Assembly: GCF_036321535.1 (NCBI RefSeq)
Contig: NC_087437.1
Span: forward strand, 9,860,001 to 9,924,000
Length of the DNA: 64,000 nt
Direction: 5' to 3'
Source: Camelus dromedarius
Taxonomy: Eukaryota
Of the stretch, positions 1 to 11,340 are shown piece by piece; the first letter of the stretch is position 1, and each line of letters begins with the position of its first letter. A model generated the notes under the pieces. It searched no databases. It was not told where the DNA came from and worked only from the letters and a program-made list of their open reading frames with translations. The position numbers were made by a program, and so were the translations under genes.

Positions 1-547
1 TATTGATTCTTCCAATCCAAGAGCATGGGATGTCTTTCCATTTTTTAAAGTCTTCTTTAATTTCCTTCATCAATGGTTTATAGTTTTCTGTGTATAATTC
101 TTTCACCTCCTTGGTTAGATTTATTCCCACATATTTTATTAATTTGGGTGCTATTTTAAAGGGGATTGTTTCTTTACTTTCCTTTTCTGTTGATTCATCA
201 TTAGTGTAAAGAAATGCAACTGATTTTTGAACGTTAATTTTGTAACCTGCTACCTTGCTGAATTCTTCAATCAGCTCTAGTAGTTTTTGTGTGGACCTTT
301 TGTGGTTGCCAGTGGGGCGGAGGGTGGGAAGGGATAGACTGGGATGTCAAAAGTGTAGAATAGATAGACGAGATTATACTGTATAGCATAGGGAAGTATA
401 CACAAAATCTTATGGTAGCTCACAAAGAAAAAAATGCGACAATGAGCGTGGATATGTCCACTTATGACTGAAAAATTGTGCTGAACACTGGAATTTGACA
501 CAACATTGTAAAATGATTATAAATCAATAAAAAATGTTATTAAAAAA
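1..547. mobile_element. Young L1 with 5' inversion: antisense ORF2 fragment (1-~300) fused to sense 3' UTR and A-tail (~301-547)
   Basis: 1-300 matches recalled antisense L1 ORF2 sequence (attcttccaatccaagagcatgggatgtctttcc). 301-547 is highly similar to the sense L1 3' UTR at 2143-2387 and ends aataaaaaatgttattaaaaaa. Confidence 0.85.
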
Positions 548-1019
548 TCAGTTTGTTTCCTCTTCTTGTGATTTCTTTTTGGCCACTTATTTCTATTTCT
601 TTTTTGTTGCATGGATCTTCCAGTATAATTTTCAATAAAAATGCTGAGAGCAGTGTTTTCTTATCTTCTCAAATGAATGTCCCTATCACGCATTTTCCTA
701 CTATGGATGACTTTTTTTATCAGAAATGCATTTTGAATGTAACAAACAACATTATACTTTGTGATTTAATAGCTATAATATTTTAAAAGTCAAATTTTTT
801 TTAGTTGTGATTTATATCTTGTCCAATTCAAATTATCTACCTTTTATTTAAGGTTCCAGGATACATTTATTTTAGCTGACATTGACGTGCAATGTTCTTT
901 TTTTGTTAGTTTTCTGCTTTTAATTTCAATGCTGTGTGAACACTGCAAAGTGTGCAGAAGACTTTCTACTTTATGTGCCAAAAAATTTGAAACAACCTTT
1001 AAATCCATCACCAAATAGA

Positions 1020-1283
1020 AGAAATTAACTACTTGGTGATCATGAGCCCCTAGACATTCTGGTGCCTAAGGGCTAATCACCATCAACCAACCAGATAACT
1101 GTGCACAGCTGATCACACACCCTGGGATGCACCCCCACCCCTCAGCTGGCCTTTAAAAATGCTCAGCTGAAAACTTTCGAAAAGACTGGGGAGTGGGGGT
1201 AGTAGAGAGGGGAGAAGGGGAGGTTGAGCATGAGCCACCCATTCTCCTGGCTCTACCCTGCAGTAAATCTTTCTCTGCTCCAT
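1020..1283 (+). mobile_element. Probable ERV LTR fragment
   Basis: LTR-like layout: TATA-like tttaaaaa, then gagcatgagccacccattctcc, then a polyA-like agtaaa and tctttctctgctcca. Boundaries approximate. Confidence 0.5.
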
Positions 1284-1851
1284 CCCACCTCAAAAAAAAA
1301 AAAAAAGGCCAGAGCCATGATATCATGGAGATAATTCTTTGATACATTTCTAATATCTTTCAAGTTTAGTAATGAAGTCACTCTTACCATTGCTTCAAGC
1401 ACCAATCTTGACAATATATCTTTTCTTGAACAAGAATTACCATGAGATTTTCAACCATATTTAAGATTCTCTTTTCAAAAATTTTTCATATTTATGCCTA
1501 AAATATTCTACTTATTGTTATTTTGAATGTTTCTTAGTCTCTCTGTTTACATAATTAGGCTTGTAAGAGCTACTTTTGATTTTTATTAGCCAGATGTTTT
1601 ATTTGTCATTGTTACTCTGTTTCCCTGTATTTCAACTAAAATGTGCTTCAAAAGTCATCAAATTTATGTCTTCTTGTTGTAGTAAAATCATTGGTTTATT
1701 TATTTTACTAATTTGTTTTTATGATGAAATCATTGAGTCCTCAGTACAGTATTTTTTCTCTTTTTCTATATTGTCAGTTTTGCTCATTATTATACCCAAT
1801 AAGGCTTTCCATTTTACTTTTGCATTTTTATTCCACAAATATTTTTTCCTT

Positions 1852-2384
1852 TGATGGTTCCATATAAATTTTATTATGGTTTGTTCTAGTTCTGTGAAAA
1901 ATGGTATATTTATACAATGGAATACTACTCAGCCATAAAAACTGACAACATAACGCCATTTGCAGCAACATGGATGCTCCTGGAGAATGTCATTCTAAGC
2001 GAAGTAAGCCAGAAAGAGAAAGAAAAATACCATATGAGGTCACTCATCTGTGGAATCTAAACAAACAAAAACAAAAACAAACAAACAAAAACAAAGAGTA
2101 AATACAGGACAGAAATAGACTCATAGACAGAGAATACAGACTTGTGGTTGCCAGGGGAGTGGAAGGTGGGAAGGGATAGACTGGGATTTCAAAACTGTAG
2201 AATAGATAAACAAGATTATACTGTATAGCACAGGGAAATATACACAAAACATTATGGTAGCTCACAGAGAAAAAAAATGTGACAAAGAGTGTGTATATGT
2301 CCATGTATGACTGAAAAATTGTGCTGAACACTGGAATTTGACACAACATTGTAAAATGATTATAAATCAATAAAAAATGTTAAA
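1852..2384 (+). mobile_element. Young 5'-truncated, 5'-inverted L1 with 15-bp TSD
   Basis: TSD aaatattttttcctt at 1837-1851 and 2385-2399. About 48 nt of antisense ORF2 (tggttccatataaatttt...gttctgtgaaaa) is followed by the sense ORF2 end and 3' UTR (gaatactactcagccataaaa...gcagcaacatggatg). Confidence 0.92.
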
Positions 2385-2759
2385 AAATATTTTTTCCTTA
2401 TCTCATCCAGCTCTTTTTTAATCTCAGCTTTCATCATAGGCAGCTTCCTTCGATCTTTTTTTTTAATAACTTTATTCTCCATAATCTCTTTATTTGTGAA
2501 TTACTGCTTTAATAGATTTTATTGAGAACACAAGGTAGATATTTTCTAAATGTGCATAGAATTCTCCACTTTTTCCCTAAACTATGTTATTATTTATCTG
2601 CTTCTAGAGTATTATGCTACTCATTGTACTGTTATTTCAGATTATGTTTCCTAAGCCCTAGAGTTCTTTTTTTTTTTTTAATTCAATAATTTCTGCTTGA
2701 ACACTAGACTTACCAGCTCTTGAGTTGACCAGTGACCTCAGGTTCTGATACAGTAAACC

Positions 2760-2990
2760 ACCGGCTCGCACCGCATGTTCACATTACAGTGTGCACTGGG
2801 CTCTGCTTCATGTCACCACCACAGGGAACCTCAGGTGTATGGAGCCTCCACCAGGCATCAACTCACAGAGAAGAGAACACGGTGAATGGACACACAGCTC
2901 TCACATACTTGTGCCGGAAGTGATGCATGTACGCTGCTTCTATGTCACAGGCCTCAGCAAGTCACGTGACTACACCTAACTTCAAAGCAG
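2760..2990 (-). mobile_element. Old MaLR LTR fragment (MLT1J/K-like)
   Basis: ccggaagtgatgcatgt...agtcacgtgactacacctaacttcaaag resembles the MLT1 consensus. Confidence 0.55.
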
Positions 2991-4362
2991 AAGTTTCTTG
3001 TTTTAATAAAGTCCAGTTTCTCAATCATTTCTTCATAAATTGTGCCTTTGGTGTTGTATCTCAGCTTTTAAAGCAATTTTCACGTATATGAATTTGGCAG
3101 AAAGACATCTTCCAGTTTTCCGGCAAGTAATGAGTCTGAATCTTTTATTTATGGATATAAAGTGTGGTAACTTTTTCTCCTCTCTGTGCTTAAAAGCAGT
3201 TCTTTCTTCAGCACCTGCTTTCCTGTTTCAAGACCTGGAACACACCCTGTATGTGAAAGTTCCTCCAAGAGAACGCATATTAACTGACTTTCTTATTTAC
3301 CAAGGCTGGTCTGTCTTCATATCTTCAGTTTTATCTGTTGATCAATATTTATAAGATAATGGAGAGAAAACTATGGCTCCATTAAATAACTACCCTCAGA
3401 ACGAAGTAAGAAAAGCTGCCCATCTGTATGGAGGGAAGGGGAGGGGGCACTGAAGTTGGGACTGATCAGAAAGCTGCTGCTCTAATAGGGTGGGGGGTTG
3501 GGGGTCAGCAGCTTAACTGGAGGGAAAGCCTTGGACTGTTCCTTAGTCTGCAATGTAAGGTGACTGGACATGTGATCATTCAGATAGTCAGAGAGATGGG
3601 ATCTGCTAACAAGTGGCTGTGAGGATGAGAGGAGAATGGACATGAGCTTTCTAGGCTAGGCCTACCGGATATTTAGAAAGAAAAGAGAGCAAGTTTACAT
3701 GAAATGATAATGGCCAAAATGTTAGACATTAGATTTTAGAAGAACCACCCCTGTCATCAAGGCATCTTCACTATGATCAGGGAAAAACACAACTCCAGAA
3801 ATAATGCAAGGCTGACTGAAGTTTTCTCAGAGGTCATGCGTCAACATGCATTACAGCTCCAGCGAGGTGAGGATGATATCCCACTGGTGGCGGAAAGTCA
3901 AATGAAGGAACTGAACCCCTTTTTACTCCTCTAGAGTCTAGGGTTTAAACTATAGGGACAGACCTGTGCTTTCTGAGCATGGGAGTTGAGTCCCGAAGAG
4001 TGGAACAAGGAGCTAAGTGAAAGACAAATGTAAGTGCCTGAGAAAGGCCTTCTGGGGCAGCGAGCTGTGTTTGAGAGTCAGGTTAATTCAATCAGGCAGA
4101 AGAGGAACGAAAAGAATGACGATGAGTCTGTAATGACAGACTGGAGTTACAATGCAGAAAGCCTTCAATGTCACAATAAAGACATTAAACTTAATAAAGT
4201 GGGTAATAAAGAGTTTCTGTCATAGCACTGGAGTTGGGGAGCGCAACTGGGCTGAAGGTGGAGAATTTGGAAAACTTTGTGACAGCCAGGGTTGAACGTC
4301 AACCATCTGGAGATGAGGACTGAAGGTCTGGGAAAAGATCGGATTATCGGGGGAATATGGAA

Positions 4363-4367
<5 letters not shown>

Positions 4368-4421
<54 letters not shown>

Positions 4422-4615
4422 GTGGGTGTGTGAGTGTGTGTGTGTGTGTGTGTGTGTCCATGTGAATGTGTGCATGTGCTGTTCATCCAACCACATGCAT
4501 GTAACATGGTATTTTTTTGGAAATCATAACACAAATGGACTATGGTGGACTCTTCAGTTTCTCAAATAATAGGTGTATGTGTGAGAGAGTGTGTGTGTGT
4601 GTGTGTGTGTGTGTG
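4368..4615. repeat. (TG)n microsatellite cluster
   Basis: Long TG tracts at 4368-4457 (interrupted) and 4589-4615. Confidence 0.97.
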
Positions 4616-6131
4616 CTGACTTAGAGGTAAGAGGTAAGGTACTTACTTGTTTGTTTTAAAGTCATTTTCTCAACATATCCAGAATTTATTCTCTTTACTT
4701 TTTTTAAAATTTTAAAAAAATTGTTTTCTTAAGGTAATTTAAATTAGGCAAGTTTTAAGGCAAATACACAAGACATATGCAAAGAAGCAATGCTGCTTAT
4801 CTGTATGGAGGGTTAATAACATCACTGGTCTCAAAATATGTTTCTAAGGGGAAAATTATAAAAGATCAATGAGGCTCTTTAAGCTAAAGAAGATTAAAAT
4901 AATTCTTAATTTTTTTATACTCAGTTGAAACAGACTTTTTTCAATGTATAATCAAATTCCATACTATATTTTATGTCTCTTTAGAGCTTCATTTACTTTT
5001 AGGTCAGGAGAACAGAGCAGGAGGTAGCATAGCTTAAAACACTGAAATAGTAGTTAAAGAGCTCTTTGGTGATCTTAAGAGTTACTGCAACTTCCAAAAG
5101 AGTGCATATTATTTAAAGCACAGACAAAATCTACTTTTAGGTGCAAAAAATGCTGAAACAATTCTTACATTAGAAAAGAATTCACTCCAAGTTGTGTTCT
5201 GTTCTGTATTTCAGGTTATTACTCACCTCTCTAAATTAAACTTTAAAATTACAAAAGAGAGAGAGAGATCATTTTTCTTTCCTTGATATAAATTCCAGAC
5301 TTTCTTCATATAAATTCTGCAACATTAACAGCTTAGTTTACCATCCTTGCTAAATCAATTATTTTTTAAAAACCACATTCTTATAATGAAAAAAAAATTT
5401 CAAACCTTTTTTAAGAGAGAAAGATGGAACCATTGCCTTGAATTCCATTAAGTGATTTCTAGTGAACAAAGAAGGAAACTTAGTGATGGAAAGAGTAGCA
5501 AGGTCCCTGACCTCTGATCACTGCTCCCTGGGCACTGTTCAGATGGAGCAGAGATACAGACGAGGAGCCCCAACGGAGGCAGCGTGGGAAAAAGGCCCTG
5601 AGATCAGAATTTATGGATATGGGAATTTATTAAGAGGGGGACCTCCTGCCAGACTAGAAATGTTCTGCAAAAACAAAGGAATGACAAAAAAAAAATAGAG
5701 GTCCTGCTGGAGAAACAAAACATGGAGATTTTAACAGGGCTTACAAAAATATTACCCTGTAGAATATGAACTTGGGGTTAAGTCATTTTTCATGTAACTT
5801 TCCCATTTCCCTTCAGCAGAGAGAAAACAAATATAGCCAAAATCCTTCTGCAGATTGTGAATTAATAAATTTTAAAACTTTGCTTCATAATTTAGGGAAT
5901 TTTTTTCTAACTGCAAACTGATTAATCCCTGCATTGCTTCTGCAATAAAATGGAGGCTATAAAGATAATTTTTCCATTTTCTGTACTTGTATTAAAATAC
6001 TGCCAGAAAGGAAATAACAACCCAGAAAACCACACTGTGCAGCTCTAAGTGTGCCAAAATATTCCACTATTGGATTTGAAACAAAAAAAAAAAAGAAAAG
6101 CAGCCGTTGTGTTAATCCCCGGGCTACTCAC

Positions 6132-6200
6132 CATTTTGAATAAGTGTGCTAAAATTTAGGAAGGAAGACGGTATCTTCCTGACTTGAGAAAGTCAGCACC
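6132..6200 (-). other. Candidate alternative first or start-codon exon ending ATG|GTGAGT
   Basis: Minus strand cacacttattcaaaATG|gtgagtagcc, with A at -3. A TATA-like tatttaaa lies at about 6225-6232. The 5' end is uncertain; a 17-nt internal exon 6132-6148 after ttttag is also possible. Confidence 0.45.
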
Positions 6201-7206
6201 ATCTTAAATTCTCCTCTGCAGCTTATTTAAATAAAAATGAGTTTTTGCTTGTAATTATTTACTTATCTCTGCCCTGTACATTTAAAACTTTAATTATTCA
6301 TGTGGTAATCCTTCCTATAATAAATCATCTGAAGGAAAGGAGAAAGCAAGTATAAATAAGACTCCTCTTGGATTTAGGAGGATATGACCTTGTCCCAGTT
6401 TCTTACTTCGAAGGGTCAAAATAAGGACATCAAATTATTCTGGTCTAGGCAATATATATATACACACACACACACACACATACACACACATAGAGAGAAT
6501 TAATATTATTACAAGGTCAAAAAATATATTCTATTTAAGAGTTAAAGGACACAAGCAACACTTAAATGTAAAAGACAGGCTCCCGGATAAATCATGGTCA
6601 GGTATACAATAAACTAAAGTGCATCTAGACAGCTTTCTTGTATGTTTAAATCATTAAAAGGTCAATGGCAATAGTTGACAATTATGCTGACCAGAGTCAC
6701 AGGACATAATTAAATTTCCTGTTTCAGATACATCTCAAAGGTCAGTCACTCTTTGGAAAGAGTATTGTCCCCCCTCACCCTTGTAATCGACTAATATATT
6801 TTAACCTTCCAAATGTCACTCTTTTCATACTTCAGTCTTCCATTCTTTCTACCACCCATCTTGGCACTGCATGCTAAACCAGTCTTCATATCCAAGAGAA
6901 AAGGGTACCAATGGCCAGCAGGGTGGAATTTTACATCCCCAGCAGGCACAGACATTACAAGATCTCAAAATAAACCTGCCAACGTCCAATAAAGACTTGG
7001 AGGCTTAATGTCCAATTTAACTGAGCAAACAGTACCTCCCTTGAGAGGTTAGAGTTACTGGACCAGAACCAGAACAGGGGTTGACCTGAGCAGAGCTAAG
7101 ACCCCAAGTAAATACTTCTGCTCATCTGGATCTTACACTGTTTTAAGCACAGTATCCCATTTGTTTCCACCATGTTGGATTGTGATCATTGACCATTCTG
7201 GTGTCA

Positions 7207-7430
7207 GCATAGCACAGATGTTAAAAGTGCGCTCTGGAGACAATTTCCTAGATTTGTAACCAGGCTTCACGAGTTACTTGTTGTGTGAACAAAAGGAAGT
7301 AATTTAACTTCTCTGAGCTTCGTTTTACTGTGCTTAAAACAGAAAAATTATCTTTCCTGGCTGATGTGAAAATGATGGGAGGTATTACAGCAAAGTCCTT
7401 AGCATAGGGTCTGGCACATAGTAAGTGACT
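7207..7430 (+). mobile_element. MIR SINE
   Basis: tgtgtgaac...aacttctctgagcttcgtttt core and ctggcacatagtaagtg tail. Confidence 0.8.
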
Positions 7431-7477
7431 TTTACTTGCTAATCTTCATCATTGTTCCACAGTTTAAATTTTTAGTG

Positions 7478-7590
7478 GAGGGGGGGGCATAGCTCAGTGG
7501 TAGAGTGCATGGGTTCAATTCCCCAGTCCCTACATTGAAGTAAATAAATAATTATATACCTAATTACCTCTTCCCCAAAATTTTAAAAGT
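7478..7590 (+). mobile_element. tRNA-derived SINE (camelid Vic-1-like), internally deleted
   Basis: A-box tagctcagtggtagag, B-box gggttcaattccc, AT-rich tail and taattacctc motif, shared with the 54.4 kb copy. Confidence 0.8.
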
Positions 7591-8714
7591 AATTTTTGAA
7601 AGCCACGTCAGTGCTTCTGTTTTGGGGTATACTATAATGTGTTTGACTCATTATTGAATTTTGAACATTTAAGCTATTCCCAGGCTTTCACTCTTGTAAA
7701 TATTACTGCAAGTAACCCACAGCTGCATCAGTGATTCATGCTTACAGCGGAGTCCTAGAAGCAGAATTCTTGACTCAAGGAAAATAAAAATAAACATCTT
7801 TAAATATTTTGATACTTACTGTCAAATTGCTTGCTTGAAAGGAAAAATAAATTTATGCTTCTACTAGTAACTTATCTTTTCATCTGACCATTAGTAACAT
7901 TTTCTTTCATTGCTCAAAATTTGCAAGTGAAAATTATATGTGCTGTTTTCATTTGTTTCCCTTTTAAGATTGTTGAAGTCCAACAATTCTTTCATTGTTT
8001 TACTTCTCAGTTTTGTACTAATATATAATGTTGTTCATCCACTTGTAACTAACATTTTTTTCTTATTGATTTGCAGGTACACTTTTTATATTAAGGACTT
8101 TGGCTCTATTTGTCATGTTAGTTCAATACAAGTTTTTACATATGAAATTTTTAATGTTGAGGAGTTGTTCAATATCGTGAAACCAAACCTATCCATCTTT
8201 TCCTTTCTAGGATCACAAAATGACATAATGGTTAGTAAGTCTATCTCGACAGAAATGATTACATGAATATTAATAATTTTATTTTATACTAAAAGCTTTA
8301 ATTCATCCTGGGTAAAATTATATATAGTGGAAAACAAAAAGATAATTTGATTTTCTGTGAATGTGATTTTTTTTCCTCTCCCTGACATAAGATGTTTAAA
8401 AGACTCTGTATTATGTTGCTTTCTATGTTAACATTTCTAACATTTTATTGCTTTGACAGTAAATGTAGGTTCATAATGTGTTTTCATTTTTGGTAGGCAA
8501 AGTCTTCCTTTATTCTTATTTTTAAGAATAGTATCAGATATATTTAACTGTTTATTCTTTTACCTAAATTTTGTTTTTAAGCCAAACCTAGGCAAAGACA
8601 GAGATAGATGGAAAAACTCAAGGGAAAAAAACTCTAAATGTATAGATTTAAACGACAGAATTTTATACTGAGTGTGCCTATATAAGCTTCCAATATAATT
8701 TCTGATATAAAAAG

Positions 8715-8895
8715 AGTAGATTTATAAAGTGCTTGCCACACCAAAAAAAAAATTGAAACTGTGCGAGGTGATGGATGTGTTAACTAACCTTATTGTGGTA
8801 ATCATTTTGTGATAAATACATATATGAAATCCTTACATTTTGCATTTTACACAATGTTATATATCTGTTATGTCTCCATAAAGCTGGAAAAAAAT
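8715..8895 (+). mobile_element. L1MA/MB-type 3' end
   Basis: gaggtgatggatgtgttaactaaccttattgtggtaatcattt...ataaagctggaaaaaa. Confidence 0.8.
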
Positions 8896-9884
8896 TCTGG
8901 TTGAAGCTATGATGAAAAGAGAGAAGAAAAAGAAGACAATATTAATGCTTTGCTGTTTCATAATACGGTACAAATCTAATATTTGTTTAAAGCTTCAGAA
9001 AGTCAGCTTTGCTACAACGAAATGTGTCCATTTTTACTATTATATTCCCCATAGGCTATGAAATCAGTATTCCCAGAAGCGCTGCTATCCACCTACAGTT
9101 TCGTCAAGTAGCACACTTGCCTTCAGTCTGACGAAGGATGATCACTCCGGCACAAATTAGCCTTGATTTATGCATTATGCATCAGGACCTCCCTTGGGGA
9201 CACTGGAGCCCTATAATTATCCTTTTCTCGGTATCAACCGTCATTCTGGACCACTGTGCTGGAAGTCTCCACACTACCCACTCACACTCCACTCACTCAA
9301 GTGGCAAAATCATCTAAGTGTGTAAGACTCAGTTAATTCATCGTTTACAGACTTCTGATTCATTTCCCTTTGGGTTAGGTGGACTTGTGTGGATATTATT
9401 CTGATAATCAACTTCCCTCTTCTCTTCAGAAACGTTGAGGGAAAATTAGATATGTACAGTAATTTGCCAGTGAAAATGCAATTAAATCAATTTTCTTGAG
9501 CAGTTCATATTTTGAGAGCACTCTCCTAGAACCTGGAGATACAAAATTAAAGTGTTTATTAAAAACTCCAAAATCTCACCATCTCACGAAAATATAGACA
9601 TATCAAAAAAAATTTTAAATGTAATAGGAAGAATATTAAAATTAACTTATGGATAAATTTCTATTACAGTATGGTATGAGAGAAATGCATTGAAAATCAT
9701 AGTATACATGTCATATTTAACATGTCTTAAAAAGAGGAATTTACAGTGCAGAAACTCAAGAGCATTATGGCTAAGAAAAAAACTCAAGCTAAAACAATGA
9801 GGCATGAATGGACAGTTTATGATAAAATTGAAAGAGAAGATGAGTAGTAGAGAAATATGTAAAAACACTAGCAGAGTCAACATT

Positions 9885-10520
9885 CTTAAGGGTTGTTACT
9901 GTGGACAGTGATTTAAAAAAAAAAAAACAATGGCTTAAGCAAAAATGGAAATTTGTCTACATCATTAAGAAGCCTAGTGTGAGATTTTACTTGAGAAATA
10001 GCTGTATTCAGAGGCACAAGGATGTGATCAGGACCCAACCTCTCCCATCCATCGTTGGGTTTGCTTCCTCATTTTGACTCTGCTCTCAGTCACATTCTTG
10101 CTTTGCAGCACTAGAGGGCTGCAGAAATTCAAACCTAGATTTCTTTTCTGATCCCAGCCCTGCCGGAAATGAAAGCATTTCTCTCTTACTGTCACCACAG
10201 CTCAGTGTTTCTCAAGCTTCTTTCATTATCATTCCCCTAAAGAGACTTCTAACATATTTTTTCTGGTTTCCCCTTACTTCTCAGGAAAGTAAGGGAGAAG
10301 ATTTTGTCATGTAAGGTTGAGCTGCAGAGGGACGTAAACTACGGTGAGATTGAAGATTTTTCTCATCCCTGGGGGTGATATCACCCAGATGGAGAATGCC
10401 TGAGTGGAAGTCTGAGTGGCTCTACCCCTAGACCAGTCGACTGGGCCATTTGTTGACTGGCCAGGCCCAGATTACGTGCTTCCCTGCAGGTGAGAGTGGA
10501 GTCAGCCCCACAGGAAAAGA
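9885..10520. mobile_element. Old MaLR LTR fragment interrupted by a hAT-Charlie-type MER (about 10203-10402)
   Basis: caatggcttaagcaaaaatggaaattt is MLT1-like. The inner element is bounded by cagtgtttctcaa and tggagaatgcctg, imperfect inverted ends. Confidence 0.45.
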
Positions 10521-10619
10521 CAGGTGTCGGAAGGATTGCGTAACAAAAGGAAACTTACAAATCTATGATCAATGGATGTAGAGTTAGGGTTAAAAAGGTT
10601 AAAAATAAATAAAGGCTCA

Positions 10620-11340
10620 TCACATCTAGATTTTTGAAGAAAAGCCTGTTTATGCAAAGCCACTATGGTGAAGACTGAATTGAATAAGGGGAGGACAAGA
10701 GACAAGCAAAACCGGTGACTGTGATGGGTGATATTTACAAAGGGAGATGGTGACGTCAGGGGCACAGACACGAGACAAAGGGACAGAGATTCAGGAGGCA
10801 GGACCACACTGAAACAGCACCAGTGGGATCTGGTGACCCATTGATTATGGGGGATAAAGAAAAAGGAGAGGCCAGGGCATCTCAGCCAACTGAGCTGATG
10901 GCAATGTCATTGATGAAAACAAGTCAGGCTGAGTGAATGAAGGTTTCAGGGGAACAGTGACTGGTTTTATGGATATTCTGATTGCCCTTAGAGATGTCCA
11001 TGAGGCAGCTGGACATTTGGGTCTGGCTATTAAGAAAGACTTTGAAGTTAATGCTTATAACAGGGAGACACTGACCTATAGATGGTACTTGAAACCTTAG
11101 GAGAGGATGAGATATCCAGAGGATAGAGTACGTAGCAGACAGAACACAAAGACAGAGCCTTAGGGAACACATTGTCTGGGGAGAAAAAAAAAATACTAAG
11201 GGAAGATGAGTGAGAGAAGGATTGTTGAGAGACCATAATCTTGGAGGAGTCTATGGAGAAGAGAAATTCAAAGAGGAAGGAGTTGTCTCACTGACGACAA
11301 TGTCAAACACCAGCGAAGTCCGAGCCAAGACAGAGTTTTA
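10620..11340 (-). mobile_element. L2 fragment
   Basis: Purine-rich L2-type sequence: gagatgtccatgaggcagctggacatttgggtctgg, tatagatggtacttgaaacc. Confidence 0.7.

Noticed and set aside
1188..1220. Four G-tracts (possible G-quadruplex)
   Set aside because: One loop is 9 nt, it lies inside a repeat, and such motifs are common. No evidence of function.
4171..4569. His/Thr- and Cys/Val-rich ORFs
   Set aside because: Translations of (TG)n tracts.
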